A stretch of 64,000 bases of DNA from Balanoglossus misakiensis (taxonomy: Eukaryota > Animalia > Hemichordata): NCBI GenBank assembly GCA_040954595.2, contig CM082587.2, positions 11,677,598 through 11,741,597 of the forward strand. Direction: 5' to 3'. The notes beneath the pieces are model-generated. The model saw nothing but the letters and a program-made list of their open reading frames with translations, had not been told where the DNA came from and ran no database searches. Below are positions 8,669-23,540 of the stretch, in pieces. Numbering within the stretch: position 1 is the stretch's first letter; each line of letters starts with the position of its first letter. The position numbers and the translations under genes were made by a program.

Positions 8669-11600
8669 ATATTTTCTGTAAAATAGACATTTAATTGGCA
8701 AGCCGTCCTGCATCAATTATTAATTGTGTACATGCACTAAAGCGCCCTCACTGCTGGGTGTGTTGTATGGTCTTTAACCCTGTTTCAAATTAGAGTACTT
8801 TCTGCAATTTCAAGACAGATCTTACGTGCCATTGGAGAGCTCCATTGACTGGTCATTCATACTGTTTTCATTCATTCATTGCGGCATCAATATATTTTAT
8901 GTATTCTAGCCAAAGAGCTTGGCACCTGTTGAAATGAACTCATCTGCTGTGGGCCAGTTTATTGGTGGCAGTTGAGCTGAGGAGAGCACCTTCCTTCCCG
9001 GCACGCCACCAAGTAAAGTTCCACGCCGCCCACCACAGATGCCAGCATTCATTCATGCGAGTGAGTGTAATTGCAAATTTGCCTATTCTAGATCTGTAAT
9101 GGAAATGGAGAAAGTACCTTATATTTTCTGTAAAATAGACATTTAATTGGCAAGCCGTCCTGCATCAATTATTAATTGTGTACATGCACTAAAGCGCCCT
9201 CACTGCTGGGTGTGTTGTATGGTCTTTAACCCTGTTTCAAATTAGAGTACTTTCTGCAATTTCAAGACAGATCTTACGTGCCATTGGAGAGCTCCATTGA
9301 CTGGTCATTCATACTGTTTTCATTCATTCATTGCGGCATCAATATATTTTATCTATTCTAGCCAAAGAGCTTGGCACCTGTTGAAATGAACTCATCTGCT
9401 GTGGGCCAGTTTATTGGTGGCAGTTGAGCTGAGGAGAGCACCTTCCTTCCCGGCACGCCACCAAGTAAAGTTCCACGCCGCCCACCACAGATGCCAGCAT
9501 TCATTCATGCGAGTGAGTGTAATTGCAAATTTGCCTATTCTAGAATTACGTGCCATTGGAGAGCTCCATTGACTGGTCATTCATACTGTTTTCATTCATT
9601 CATTGCGGCATCAATATATTTTATCTATTCTAGCCAAAGAGCTTGGCACCTGTTGAAATGAACTCATCTGCTGTGGGCCAGTTTATTGGTGGCAGTTGAG
9701 CTGAGGAGAGCACCTTCCTTCCCGGCACGCCACCAAGTAAAGTTCCACGCCGCCCACCACAGATGCCAGCATTCATTCATGCGAGTGAGTGTAATTGCAA
9801 ATTTGCCTATTCTAGATCTGTAATGGAAATGGAGAAAGTACCTTATATTTTCTGTAAAATAGACATTTAATTGGCAAGCCGTCCTGCATCAATTATGAAT
9901 TGTGTACATGCACTAAAGCGCCCTCACTGCTGGGTGTGTTGTATGGTCTTTAACCCTGTTTCAAATTAGAGTACTTTCTGCAATTTCAAGACAGATCTTA
10001 CGTGCCATTGGAGAGCTCCATTGACTGGTCATTCATACTGTTTTCATTCATTCATTGCGGCATCAATATATTTTATCTATTCTAGCCAAAGAGCTTGGCA
10101 CCTGTTGAAATGAACTCATCTGCTGTGGGCCAGTTTATTGGTGGCAGTTGAGCTGAGGAGAGCACCTTCCTTCCCGGCACGCCACCAAGTAAAGTTCCAC
10201 GCCGCCCACCACAGATGCCAGCATTCATTCATGCGAGTGAGTGTAATTGCAAATTTGCCTATTCTAGAATCTTACGTGCCATTGGAGAGCTCCATTGACT
10301 GGTCATTCATACTGTTTTCATTCATTCATTGCGGCATCAATATATTTTATCTATTCTAGCCAAAGAGCTTGGCACCTGTTGAAATGAACTCATCTGCTGT
10401 GGGCCAGTTTATTGGTGGCAGTTGAGCTGAGGAGAGCACCTTCCTTCCCGGCACGCCACCAAGTAAAGTTCCACGCCGCCCACCACAGATGCCAGCATTC
10501 ATTCATGCGAGTGAGTGTAATTGCAAATTTGCCTATTCTAGATCTGTAATGGAAATGGAGAAAGTACCTTATATTTTCTGTAAAATAGACATTTAATTGG
10601 CAAGCCGTCCTGCATCAATTATTAATTGTGTACATGCACTAAAGCGCCCTCACTGCTGGGTGTGTTGTATGGTCTTTAACCCTGTTTCAAATTAGAGTAC
10701 TTTCTGCAATTTCAAGACAGATCTTACGTGCCATTGGAGAGCTCCATTGACTGGTCATTCATACTGTTTTCATTCATTCATTGCGGCATCAATATATTTT
10801 ATCTATTCTAGCCAAAGAGCTTGGCACCTGTTGAAATGAACTCATCTGCTGTGGGCCAGTTTATTGGTGGCAGTTGAGCTGAGAAGAGCACCTTCCTTCC
10901 CGGCACGCCACCAAGTAAAGTTCCACGCCGCCCACCACAGATGCCAGCATTCATTCATGCGAGTGAGTGTAATTGCAAATTTGCCTATTCTAGATCTGTA
11001 ATGGAAATGGAGAAAGTACCTTATATTTTCTGTAAAATAGACATTTAATTGGCAAGCCGTCCTGCATCAATTATGAATTGTGTACATGCACTAAAGCGCC
11101 CTCACTGCTGGGTGTGTTGTATGGTCTTTAACCCTGTTTCAAATTAGAGTACTTTCTGCAATTTCAAGACAGATCTTACGTGCCATTGGAGAGCTCCATT
11201 GACTGGTCATTCATACTGTTTTCATTCATTCATTGCGGCATCAATATATTTTATCTATTCTAGCCAAAGAGCTTGGCACCTGTTGAAATGAACTCATCTG
11301 CTGTGGGCCAGTTTATTGGTGGCAGTTGAGCTGAGGAGAGCACCTTCCTTCCCGGCACGCCACCAAGTAAAGTTCCACGCCGCCCACCACAGATGCCAGC
11401 ATTCATTCATGCGAGTGAGTGTAATTGCAAATTTGCCTATTCTAGATCTGTAATGGAAATGGAGAAAGTACCTTATATTTTCTGTAAAATAGACATTTAA
11501 TTGGCAAGCCGTCCTGCATCAATTATGAATTGTGTACATGCACTAAAGCGCCCTCACTGCTGGGTGTGTTGTATGGTCTTTAACCCTGTTTCAAATTAGA

Positions 11601-14600
11601 GTACTTTCTGCAATTTCAAGACAGATCTTACGTGCCATTGGAGAGCTCCATTGACTGGTCATTCATACTGTTTTCATTCATTCATTGCGGCATCAATATA
11701 TTTTATCTATTCTAGCCAAAGAGCTTGGCACCTGTTGAAATGAACTCATCTGCTGTGGGCCAGTTTATTGGTGGCAGTTGAGCTGAGGAGAGCACCTTCC
11801 TTCCCGGCACGCCACCAAGTAAAGTTCCACGCCGCCCACCACAGATGCCAGCATTCATTCATGCGAGTGAGTGTAATTGCAAATTTGCCTATTCTAGATC
11901 TGTAATGGAAATGGAGAAAGTACCTTATATTTTCTGTAAAATAGACATTTAATTGGCAAGCCGTCCTGCATCAATTATGAATTGTGTACATGCACTAAAG
12001 CGCCCTCACTGCTGGGTGTGTTGTATGGTCTTTAACCCTGTTTCAAATTAGAGTACTTTCTGCAATTTCAAGACAGATCTTACGTGCCATTGGAGAGCTC
12101 CATTGACTGGTCATTCATACTGTTTTCATTCATTCATTGCGGCATCAATATATTTTATCTATTCTAGCCAAAGAGCTTGGCACCTGTTGAAATGAACTCA
12201 TCTGCTGTGGGCCAGTTTATTGGTGGCAGTTGAGCTGAGGAGAGCACCTTCCTTCCCGGCACGCCACCAAGTAAAGTTCCACGCCGCCCACCACAGATGC
12301 CAGCATTCATTCATGCGAGTGAGTGTAATTGCAAATTTGCCTATTCTAGATCTGTAATGGAAATGGAGAAAGTACCTTATATTTTCTGTAAAATAGACAT
12401 TTAATTGGCAAGCCGTCCTGCATCAATTATGAATTGTGTACATGCACTAAAGCGCCCTCACTGCTGGGTGTGTTGTATGGTCTTTAACCCTGTTTCAAAT
12501 TAGAGTACTTTCTGCAATTTCAAGACAGATCTTACGTGCCATTGGAGAGCTCCATTGACTGGTCATTCATACTGTTTTCATTCATTCATTGCGGCATCAA
12601 TATATTTTATCTATTCTAGCCAAAGAGCTTGGCACCTGTTGAAATGAACTCATCTGCTGTGGGCCAGTTTATTGGTGGCAGTTGAGCTGAGAAGAGCACC
12701 TTCCTTCCCGGCACGCCACCAAGTAAAGTTCCACGCCGCCCACCACAGATGCCAGCATTCATTCATGCGAGTGAGTGTAATTGCAAATTTGCCTATTCTA
12801 GAATCTTACGTGCCATTGGAGAGCTCCATTGACTGGTCATTCATACTGTTTTCATTCATTCATTGCGGCATCAATATATTTTATCTATTCTAGCCAAAGA
12901 GCTTGGCACCTGTTGAAATGAACTCATCTGCTGTGGGCCAGTTTATTGGTGGCAGTTGAGCTGAGGAGAGCACCTTCCTTCCCGGGACGCCACCAAGTAA
13001 AGTTCCACGCCGCCCACCACAGATGCCAGCATTCATTCATGCGAGTGAGTGTAATTGCAAATTTGCCTATTCTAGATTCTTACGTGCCATTGGAGAGCTC
13101 CATTGACTGGTCATTCATACTGTTTTCATTCATTCATTGCGGCATCAATATATTTTATCTATTCTAGCCAAAGAGCTTGGCACCTGTTGAAATGAACTCA
13201 TCTGCTGTGGGCCAGTTTATTGGTGGCAGTTGAGCTGAGGAGAGCACCTTCCTTCCCGGCACGCCACCAAGTAAAGTTCCACGCCGCCCACCACAGATGC
13301 CAGCATTCATTCATGCGAGTGAGTGTAATTGCAAATTTGCCTATTCTAGATCTGTAATGGAAATGGAGAAAGTACCTTATATTTTCTGTAAAATAGACAT
13401 TTAATTGGCAAGCCGTCCTGCATCAATTATTAATTGTGTACATGCACTAAAGCGCCCTCACTGCTGGGTGTGTTGTATGGTCTTTAACCCTGTTTCAAAT
13501 TAGAGTACTTTCTGCAATTTCAAGACAGATCTTACGTGCCATTGGAGAGCTCCATTGACTGGTCATTCATACTGTTTTCATTCATTCATTGCGGCATCAA
13601 TATATTTTATCTATTCTAGCCAAAGAGCTTGGCACCTGTTGAAATGAACTCATCTGCTGTGGGCCAGTTTATTGGTGGCAGTTGAGCTGAGGAGAGCACC
13701 TTCCTTCCCGGCACGCCACCAAGTAAAGTTCCACGCCGCCCACCACAGATGCCAGCATTCATTCATGCGAGTGAGTGTAATTGCAAATTTGCCTATTCTA
13801 GATCTGTAATGGAAATGGAGAAAGTACCTTATATTTTCTGTAAAATAGACATTTAATTGGCAAGCCGTCCTGCATCAATTATTAATTGTGTACATGCACT
13901 AAAGCGCCCTCACTGCTGGGTGTGTTGTATGGTCTTTAACCCTGTTTCAAATTAGAGTACTTTCTGCAATTTCAAGACAGATCTTACGTGCCATTGGAGA
14001 GCTCCATTGACTGGTCATTCATACTGTTTTCATTCATTCATTGCGGCATCAATATATTTTATCTATTCTAGCCAAAGAGCTTGGCACCTGTTGAAATGAA
14101 CTCATCTGCTGTGGGCCAGTTTATTGGTGGCAGTTGAGCTGAGGAGAGCACCTTCCTTCCCGGCACGCCACCAAGTAAAGTTCCACGCCGCCCACCACAG
14201 ATGCCAGCATTCATTCATGCGAGTGAGTGTAATTGCAAATTTGCCTATTCTAGAATTACGTGCCATTGGAGAGCTCCATTGACTGGTCATTCATACTGTT
14301 TTCATTCATTCATTGCGGCATCAATATATTTTATCTATTCTAGCCAAAGAGCTTGGCACCTGTTGAAATGAACTCATCTGCTGTGGGCCAGTTTATTGGT
14401 GGCAGTTGAGCTGAGGAGAGCACCTTCCTTCCCGGCACGCCACCAAGTAAAGTTCCACGCCGCCCACCACAGATGCCAGCATTCATTCATGCGAGTGAGT
14501 GTAATTGCAAATTTGCCTATTCTAGATCTGTAATGGAAATGGAGAAAGTACCTTATATTTTCTGTAAAATAGACATTTAATTGGCAAGCCGTCCTGCATC

Positions 14601-17600
14601 AATTATGAATTGTGTACATGCACTAAAGCGCCCTCACTGCTGGGTGTGTTGTATGGTCTTTAACCCTGTTTCAAATTAGAGTACTTTCTGCAATTTCAAG
14701 ACAGATCTTACGTGCCATTGGAGAGCTCCATTGACTGGTCATTCATACTGTTTTCATTCATTCATTGCGGCATCAATATATTTTATCTATTCTAGCCAAA
14801 GAGCTTGGCACCTGTTGAAATGAACTCATCTGCTGTGGGCCAGTTTATTGGTGGCAGTTGAGCTGAGGAGAGCACCTTCCTTCCCGGCACGCCACCAAGT
14901 AAAGTTCCACGCCGCCCACCACAGATGCCAGCATTCATTCATGCGAGTGAGTGTAATTGCAAATTTGCCTATTCTAGAATCTTACGTGCCATTGGAGAGC
15001 TCCATTGACTGGTCATTCATACTGTTTTCATTCATTCATTGCGGCATCAATATATTTTATCTATTCTAGCCAAAGAGCTTGGCACCTGTTGAAATGAACT
15101 CATCTGCTGTGGGCCAGTTTATTGGTGGCAGTTGAGCTGAGGAGAGCACCTTCCTTCCCGGCACGCCACCAAGTAAAGTTCCACGCCGCCCACCACAGAT
15201 GCCAGCATTCATTCATGCGAGTGAGTGTAATTGCAAATTTGCCTATTCTAGATCTGTAATGGAAATGGAGAAAGTACCTTATATTTTCTGTAAAATAGAC
15301 ATTTAATTGGCAAGCCGTCCTGCATCAATTATTAATTGTGTACATGCACTAAAGCGCCCTCACTGCTGGGTGTGTTGTATGGTCTTTAACCCTGTTTCAA
15401 ATTAGAGTACTTTCTGCAATTTCAAGACAGATCTTACGTGCCATTGGAGAGCTCCATTGACTGGTCATTCATACTGTTTTCATTCATTCATTGCGGCATC
15501 AATATATTTTATCTATTCTAGCCAAAGAGCTTGGCACCTGTTGAAATGAACTCATCTGCTGTGGGCCAGTTTATTGGTGGCAGTTGAGCTGAGAAGAGCA
15601 CCTTCCTTCCCGGCACGCCACCAAGTAAAGTTCCACGCCGCCCACCACAGATGCCAGCATTCATTCATGCGAGTGAGTGTAATTGCAAATTTGCCTATTC
15701 TAGATCTGTAATGGAAATGGAGAAAGTACCTTATATTTTCTGTAAAATAGACATTTAATTGGCAAGCCGTCCTGCATCAATTATGAATTGTGTACATGCA
15801 CTAAAGCGCCCTCACTGCTGGGTGTGTTGTATGGTCTTTAACCCTGTTTCAAATTAGAGTACTTTCTGCAATTTCAAGACAGATCTTACGTGCCATTGGA
15901 GAGCTCCATTGACTGGTCATTCATACTGTTTTCATTCATTCATTGCGGCATCAATATATTTTATCTATTCTAGCCAAAGAGCTTGGCACCTGTTGAAATG
16001 AACTCATCTGCTGTGGGCCAGTTTATTGGTGGCAGTTGAGCTGAGGAGAGCACCTTCCTTCCCGGCACGCCACCAAGTAAAGTTCCACGCCGCCCACCAC
16101 AGATGCCAGCATTCATTCATGCGAGTGAGTGTAATTGCAAATTTGCCTATTCTAGATCTGTAATGGAAATGGAGAAAGTACCTTATATTTTCTGTAAAAT
16201 AGACATTTAATTGGCAAGCCGTCCTGCATCAATTATGAATTGTGTACATGCACTAAAGCGCCCTCACTGCTGGGTGTGTTGTATGGTCTTTAACCCTGTT
16301 TCAAATTAGAGTACTTTCTGCAATTTCAAGACAGATCTTACGTGCCATTGGAGAGCTCCATTGACTGGTCATTCATACTGTTTTCATTCATTCATTGCGG
16401 CATCAATATATTTTATCTATTCTAGCCAAAGAGCTTGGCACCTGTTGAAATGAACTCATCTGCTGTGGGCCAGTTTATTGGTGGCAGTTGAGCTGAGGAG
16501 AGCACCTTCCTTCCCGGCACGCCACCAAGTAAAGTTCCACGCCGCCCACCACAGATGCCAGCATTCATTCATGCGAGTGAGTGTAATTGCAAATTTGCCT
16601 ATTCTAGATCTGTAATGGAAATGGAGAAAGTACCTTATATTTTCTGTAAAATAGACATTTAATTGGCAAGCCGTCCTGCATCAATTATGAATTGTGTACA
16701 TGCACTAAAGCGCCCTCACTGCTGGGTGTGTTGTATGGTCTTTAACCCTGTTTCAAATTAGAGTACTTTCTGCAATTTCAAGACAGATCTTACGTGCCAT
16801 TGGAGAGCTCCATTGACTGGTCATTCATACTGTTTTCATTCATTCATTGCGGCATCAATATATTTTATCTATTCTAGCCAAAGAGCTTGGCACCTGTTGA
16901 AATGAACTCATCTGCTGTGGGCCAGTTTATTGGTGGCAGTTGAGCTGAGGAGAGCACCTTCCTTCCCGGCACGCCACCAAGTAAAGTTCCACGCCGCCCA
17001 CCACAGATGCCAGCATTCATTCATGCGAGTGAGTGTAATTGCAAATTTGCCTATTCTAGATCTGTAATGGAAATGGAGAAAGTACCTTATATTTTCTGTA
17101 AAATAGACATTTAATTGGCAAGCCGTCCTGCATCAATTATGAATTGTGTACATGCACTAAAGCGCCCTCACTGCTGGGTGTGTTGTATGGTCTTTAACCC
17201 TGTTTCAAATTAGAGTACTTTCTGCAATTTCAAGACAGATCTTACGTGCCATTGGAGAGCTCCATTGACTGGTCATTCATACTGTTTTCATTCATTCATT
17301 GCGGCATCAATATATTTTATCTATTCTAGCCAAAGAGCTTGGCACCTGTTGAAATGAACTCATCTGCTGTGGGCCAGTTTATTGGTGGCAGTTGAGCTGA
17401 GAAGAGCACCTTCCTTCCCGGCACGCCACCAAGTAAAGTTCCACGCCGCCCACCACAGATGCCAGCATTCATTCATGCGAGTGAGTGTAATTGCAAATTT
17501 GCCTATTCTAGAATCTTACGTGCCATTGGAGAGCTCCATTGACTGGTCATTCATACTGTTTTCATTCATTCATTGCGGCATCAATATATTTTATCTATTC

Positions 17601-20600
17601 TAGCCAAAGAGCTTGGCACCTGTTGAAATGAACTCATCTGCTGTGGGCCAGTTTATTGGTGGCAGTTGAGCTGAGGAGAGCACCTTCCTTCCCGGGACGC
17701 CACCAAGTAAAGTTCCACGCCGCCCACCACAGATGCCAGCATTCATTCATGCGAGTGAGTGTAATTGCAAATTTGCCTATTCTAGATTCTTACGTGCCAT
17801 TGGAGAGCTCCATTGACTGGTCATTCATACTGTTTTCATTCATTCATTGCGGCATCAATATATTTTATCTATTCTAGCCAAAGAGCTTGGCACCTGTTGA
17901 AATGAACTCATCTGCTGTGGGCCAGTTTATTGGTGGCAGTTGAGCTGAGGAGAGCACCTTCCTTCCCGGCACGCCACCAAGTAAAGTTCCACGCCGCCCA
18001 CCACAGATGCCAGCATTCATTCATGCGAGTGAGTGTAATTGCAAATTTGCCTATTCTAGATCTGTAATGGAAATGGAGAAAGTACCTTATATTTTCTGTA
18101 AAATAGACATTTAATTGGCAAGCCGTCCTGCATCAATTATTAATTGTGTACATGCACTAAAGCGCCCTCACTGCTGGGTGTGTTGTATGGTCTTTAACCC
18201 TGTTTCAAATTAGAGTACTTTCTGCAATTTCAAGACAGATCTTACGTGCCATTGGAGAGCTCCATTGACTGGTCATTCATACTGTTTTCATTCATTCATT
18301 GCGGCATCAATATATTTTATCTATTCTAGCCAAAGAGCTTGGCACCTGTTGAAATGAACTCATCTGCTGTGGGCCAGTTTATTGGTGGCAGTTGAGCTGA
18401 GGAGAGCACCTTCCTTCCCGGCACGCCACCAAGTAAAGTTCCACGCCGCCCACCACAGATGCCAGCATTCATTCATGCGAGTGAGTGTAATTGCAAATTT
18501 GCCTATTCTAGAATTACGTGCCATTGGAGAGCTCCATTGACTGGTCATTCATACTGTTTTCATTCATTCATTGCGGCATCAATATATTTTATCTATTCTA
18601 GCCAAAGAGCTTGGCACCTGTTGAAATGAACTCATCTGCTGTGGGCCAGTTTATTGGTGGCAGTTGAGCTGAGGAGAGCACCTTCCTTCCCGGCACGCCA
18701 CCAAGTAAAGTTCCACGCCGCCCACCACAGATGCCAGCATTCATTCATGCGAGTGAGTGTAATTGCAAATTTGCCTATTCTAGATCTGTAATGGAAATGG
18801 AGAAAGTACCTTATATTTTCTGTAAAATAGACATTTAATTGGCAAGCCGTCCTGCATCAATTATGAATTGTGTACATGCACTAAAGCGCCCTCACTGCTG
18901 GGTGTGTTGTATGGTCTTTAACCCTGTTTCAAATTAGAGTACTTTCTGCAATTTCAAGACAGATCTTACGTGCCATTGGAGAGCTCCATTGACTGGTCAT
19001 TCATACTGTTTTCATTCATTCATTGCGGCATCAATATATTTTATCTATTCTAGCCAAAGAGCTTGGCACCTGTTGAAATGAACTCATCTGCTGTGGGCCA
19101 GTTTATTGGTGGCAGTTGAGCTGAGGAGAGCACCTTCCTTCCCGGCACGCCACCAAGTAAAGTTCCACGCCGCCCACCACAGATGCCAGCATTCATTCAT
19201 GCGAGTGAGTGTAATTGCAAATTTGCCTATTCTAGATCTGTAATGGAAATGGAGAAAGTACCTTATATTTTCTGTAAAATAGACATTTAATTGGCAAGCC
19301 GTCCTGCATCAATTATGAATTGTGTACATGCACTAAAGCGCCCTCACTGCTGGGTGTGTTGTATGGTCTTTAACCCTGTTTCAAATTAGAGTACTTTCTG
19401 CAATTTCAAGACAGATCTTACGTGCCATTGGAGAGCTCCATTGACTGGTCATTCATACTGTTTTCATTCATTCATTTCGGCATCAATATATTTTATCTAT
19501 TCTAGCCAAAGAGCTTGGCACCTGTTGAAATGAACTCATCTGCTGTGGGCCAGTTTATTGGTGGCAGTTGAGCTGAGAAGAGCACCTTCCTTCCCGGCAC
19601 GCCACCAAGTAAAGTTCCACGCCGCCCACCACAGATGCCAGCATTCATTCATGCGAGTGAGTGTAATTGCAAATTTGCCTATTCTAGAATCTTACGTGCC
19701 ATTGGAGAGCTCCATTGACTGGTCATTCATACTGTTTTCATTCATTCATTGCGGCATCAATATATTTTATCTATTCTAGCCAAAGAGCTTGGCACCTGTT
19801 GAAATGAACTCATCTGCTGTGGGCCAGTTTATTGGTGGCAGTTGAGCTGAGGAGAGCACCTTCCTTCCCGGGACGCCACCAAGTAAAGTTCCACGCCGCC
19901 CACCACAGATGCCAGCATTCATTCATGCGAGTGAGTGTAATTGCAAATTTGCCTATTCTAGATTCTTACGTGCCATTGGAGAGCTCCATTGACTGGTCAT
20001 TCATACTGTTTTCATTCATTCATTGCGGCATCAATATATTTTATCTATTCTAGCCAAAGAGCTTGGCACCTGTTGAAATGAACTCATCTGCTGTGGGCCA
20101 GTTTATTGGTGGCAGTTGAGCTGAGGAGAGCACCTTCCTTCCCGGCACGCCACCAAGTAAAGTTCCACGCCGCCCACCACAGATGCCAGCATTCATTCAT
20201 GCGAGTGAGTGTAATTGCAAATTTGCCTATTCTAGATCTGTAATGGAAATGGAGAAAGTACCTTATATTTTCTGTAAAATAGACATTTAATTGGCAAGCC
20301 GTCCTGCATCAATTATTAATTGTGTACATGCACTAAAGCGCCCTCACTGCTGGGTGTGTTGTATGGTCTTTAACCCTGTTTCAAATTAGAGTACTTTCTG
20401 CAATTTCAAGACAGATCTTACGTGCCATTGGAGAGCTCCATTGACTGGTCATTCATACTGTTTTCATTCATTCATTGCGGCATCAATATATTTTATCTAT
20501 TCTAGCCAAAGAGCTTGGCACCTGTTGAAATGAACTCATCTGCTGTGGGCCAGTTTATTGGTGGCAGTTGAGCTGAGGAGAGCACCTTCCTTCCCGGCAC

Positions 20601-23153
20601 GCCACCAAGTAAAGTTCCACGCCGCCCACCACAGATGCCAGCATTCATTCATGCGAGTGAGTGTAATTGCAAATTTGCCTATTCTAGAATTACGTGCCAT
20701 TGGAGAGCTCCATTGACTGGTCATTCATACTGTTTTCATTCATTCATTGCGGCATCAATATATTTTATCTATTCTAGCCAAAGAGCTTGGCACCTGTTGA
20801 AATGAACTCATCTGCTGTGGGCCAGTTTATTGGTGGCAGTTGAGCTGAGGAGAGCACCTTCCTTCCCGGCACGCCACCAAGTAAAGTTCCACGCCGCCCA
20901 CCACAGATGCCAGCATTCATTCATGCGAGTGAGTGTAATTGCAAATTTGCCTATTCTAGATCTGTAATGGAAATGGAGAAAGTACCTTATATTTTCTGTA
21001 AAATAGACATTTAATTGGCAAGCCGTCCTGCATCAATTATGAATTGTGTACATGCACTAAAGCGCCCTCACTGCTGGGTGTGTTGTATGGTCTTTAACCC
21101 TGTTTCAAATTAGAGTACTTTCTGCAATTTCAAGACAGATCTTACGTGCCATTGGAGAGCTCCATTGACTGGTCATTCATACTGTTTTCATTCATTCATT
21201 GCGGCATCAATATATTTTATCTATTCTAGCCAAAGAGCTTGGCACCTGTTGAAATGAACTCATCTGCTGTGGGCCAGTTTATTGGTGGCAGTTGAGCTGA
21301 GGAGAGCACCTTCCTTCCCGGCACGCCACCAAGTAAAGTTCCACGCCGCCCACCACAGATGCCAGCATTCATTCATGCGAGTGAGTGTAATTGCAAATTT
21401 GCCTATTCTAGATCTGTAATGGAAATGGAGAAAGTACCTTATATTTTCTGTAAAATAGACATTTAATTGGCAAGCCGTCCTGCATCAATTATTAATTGTG
21501 TACATGCACTAAAGCGCCCTCACTGCTGGGTGTGTTGTATGGTCTTTAACCCTGTTTCAAATTAGAGTACTTTCTGCAATTTCAAGACAGATCTTACGTG
21601 CCATTGGAGAGCTCCATTGACTGGTCATTCATACTGTTTTCATTCATTCATTGCGGCATCAATATATTTTATCTATTCTAGCCAAAGAGCTTGGCACCTG
21701 TTGAAATGAACTCATCTGCTGTGGGCCAGTTTATTGGTGGCAGTTGAGCTGAGAAGAGCACCTTCCTTCCCGGCACGCCACCAAGTAAAGTTCCACGCCG
21801 CCCACCACAGATGCCAGCATTCATTCATGCGAGTGAGTGTAATTGCAAATTTGCCTATTCTAGATCTGTAATGGAAATGGAGAAAGTACCTTATATTTTC
21901 TGTAAAATAGACATTTAATTGGCAAGCCGTCCTGCATCAATTATGAATTGTGTACATGCACTAAAGCGCCCTCACTGCTGGGTGTGTTGTATGGTCTTTA
22001 ACCCTGTTTCAAATTAGAGTACTTTCTGCAATTTCAAGACAGATCTTACGTGCCATTGGAGAGCTCCATTGACTGGTCATTCATACTGTTTTCATTCATT
22101 CATTGCGGCATCAATATATTTTATCTATTCTAGCCAAAGAGCTTGGCACCTGTTGAAATGAACTCATCTGCTGTGGGCCAGTTTATTGGTGGCAGTTGAG
22201 CTGAGGAGAGCACCTTCCTTCCCGGCACGCCACCAAGTAAAGTTCCACGCCGCCCACCACAGATGCCAGCATTCATTCATGCGAGTGAGTGTAATTGCAA
22301 ATTTGCCTATTCTAGATCTGTAATGGAAATGGAGAAAGTACCTTATATTTTCTGTAAAATAGACATTTAATTGGCAAGCCGTCCTGCATCAATTATGAAT
22401 TGTGTACATGCACTAAAGCGCCCTCACTGCTGGGTGTGTTGTATGGTCTTTAACCCTGTTTCAAATTAGAGTACTTTCTGCAATTTCAAGACAGATCTTA
22501 CGTGCCATTGGAGAGCTCCATTGACTGGTCATTCATACTGTTTTCATTCATTCATTGCGGCATCAATATATTTTATCTATTCTAGCCAAAGAGCTTGGCA
22601 CCTGTTGAAATGAACTCATCTGCTGTGGGCCAGTTTATTGGTGGCAGTTGAGCTGAGGAGAGCACCTTCCTTCCCGGCACGCCACCAAGTAAAGTTCCAC
22701 GCCGCCCACCACAGATGCCAGCATTCATTCATGCGAGTGAGTGTAATTGCAAATTTGCCTATTCTAGATCTGTAATGGAAATGGAGAAAGTACCTTATAT
22801 TTTCTGTAAAATAGACATTTAATTGGCAAGCCGTCCTGCATCAATTATGAATTGTGTACATGCACTAAAGCGCCCTCACTGCTGGGTGTGTTGTATGGTC
22901 TTTAACCCTGTTTCAAATTAGAGTACTTTCTGCAATTTCAAGACAGATCTTACGTGCCATTGGAGAGCTCCATTGACTGGTCATTCATACTGTTTTCATT
23001 CATTCATTGCGGCATCAATATATTTTATCTATTCTAGCCAAAGAGCTTGGCACCTGTTGAAATGAACTCATCTGCTGTGGGCCAGTTTATTGGTGGCAGT
23101 TGAGCTGAGGAGAGCACCTTCCTTCCCGGCACGCCACCAAGTAAAGTTCCACG
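8669..23153 (+). repeat. Satellite array 1 (~14.5 kb, ~37 monomers: 452 bp plus four 272-bp and eight 274-bp variants)
   Basis: Near-identical tandem monomers. Higher-order periods of 4710 bp (9392->14102) and 2176 bp (17382->19558). Confidence 0.98.
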
Positions 23154-23540
23154 TGCATTCCTGGCCCTGGTTTTATTTATGTTTACAGACAATATTGCAT
23201 TTTTGTACAAGTATTTTAATCAACTATAAATTTTGAATGTGTCATTTACCTGAACCGGTCATGTTGACCAGAATGATACATTTCTGCCTTCACTCACCCT
23301 ATAAATATGTGATTGAGACATAGGTCATTTGCATAAGCTAACATACCAGAAAGTAAGCATATCTGTTGTTTTCCCTGTGTCACTGCCATCAAAGTAAAAA
23401 TTAGACGTTGTGTAGAGCAAACTCCAATTTTTTGTTCTCAATAAACATGGATGAATTACATAGAATGTGTTTGTTGTTTACAGTCTTTAAATGACACATT
23501 AGATTATGCACTTTACAAAACGTTTCTGAGAAACAAGTGA

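Noticed and set aside
8973-8975. In-frame TGA of the exon-like monomer as a selenocysteine codon (aligns with Cys in the diverged copy)
   Set aside because: No SECIS identified, and the 151-nt exon is not frame-preserving. A nonsense mutation is simpler.
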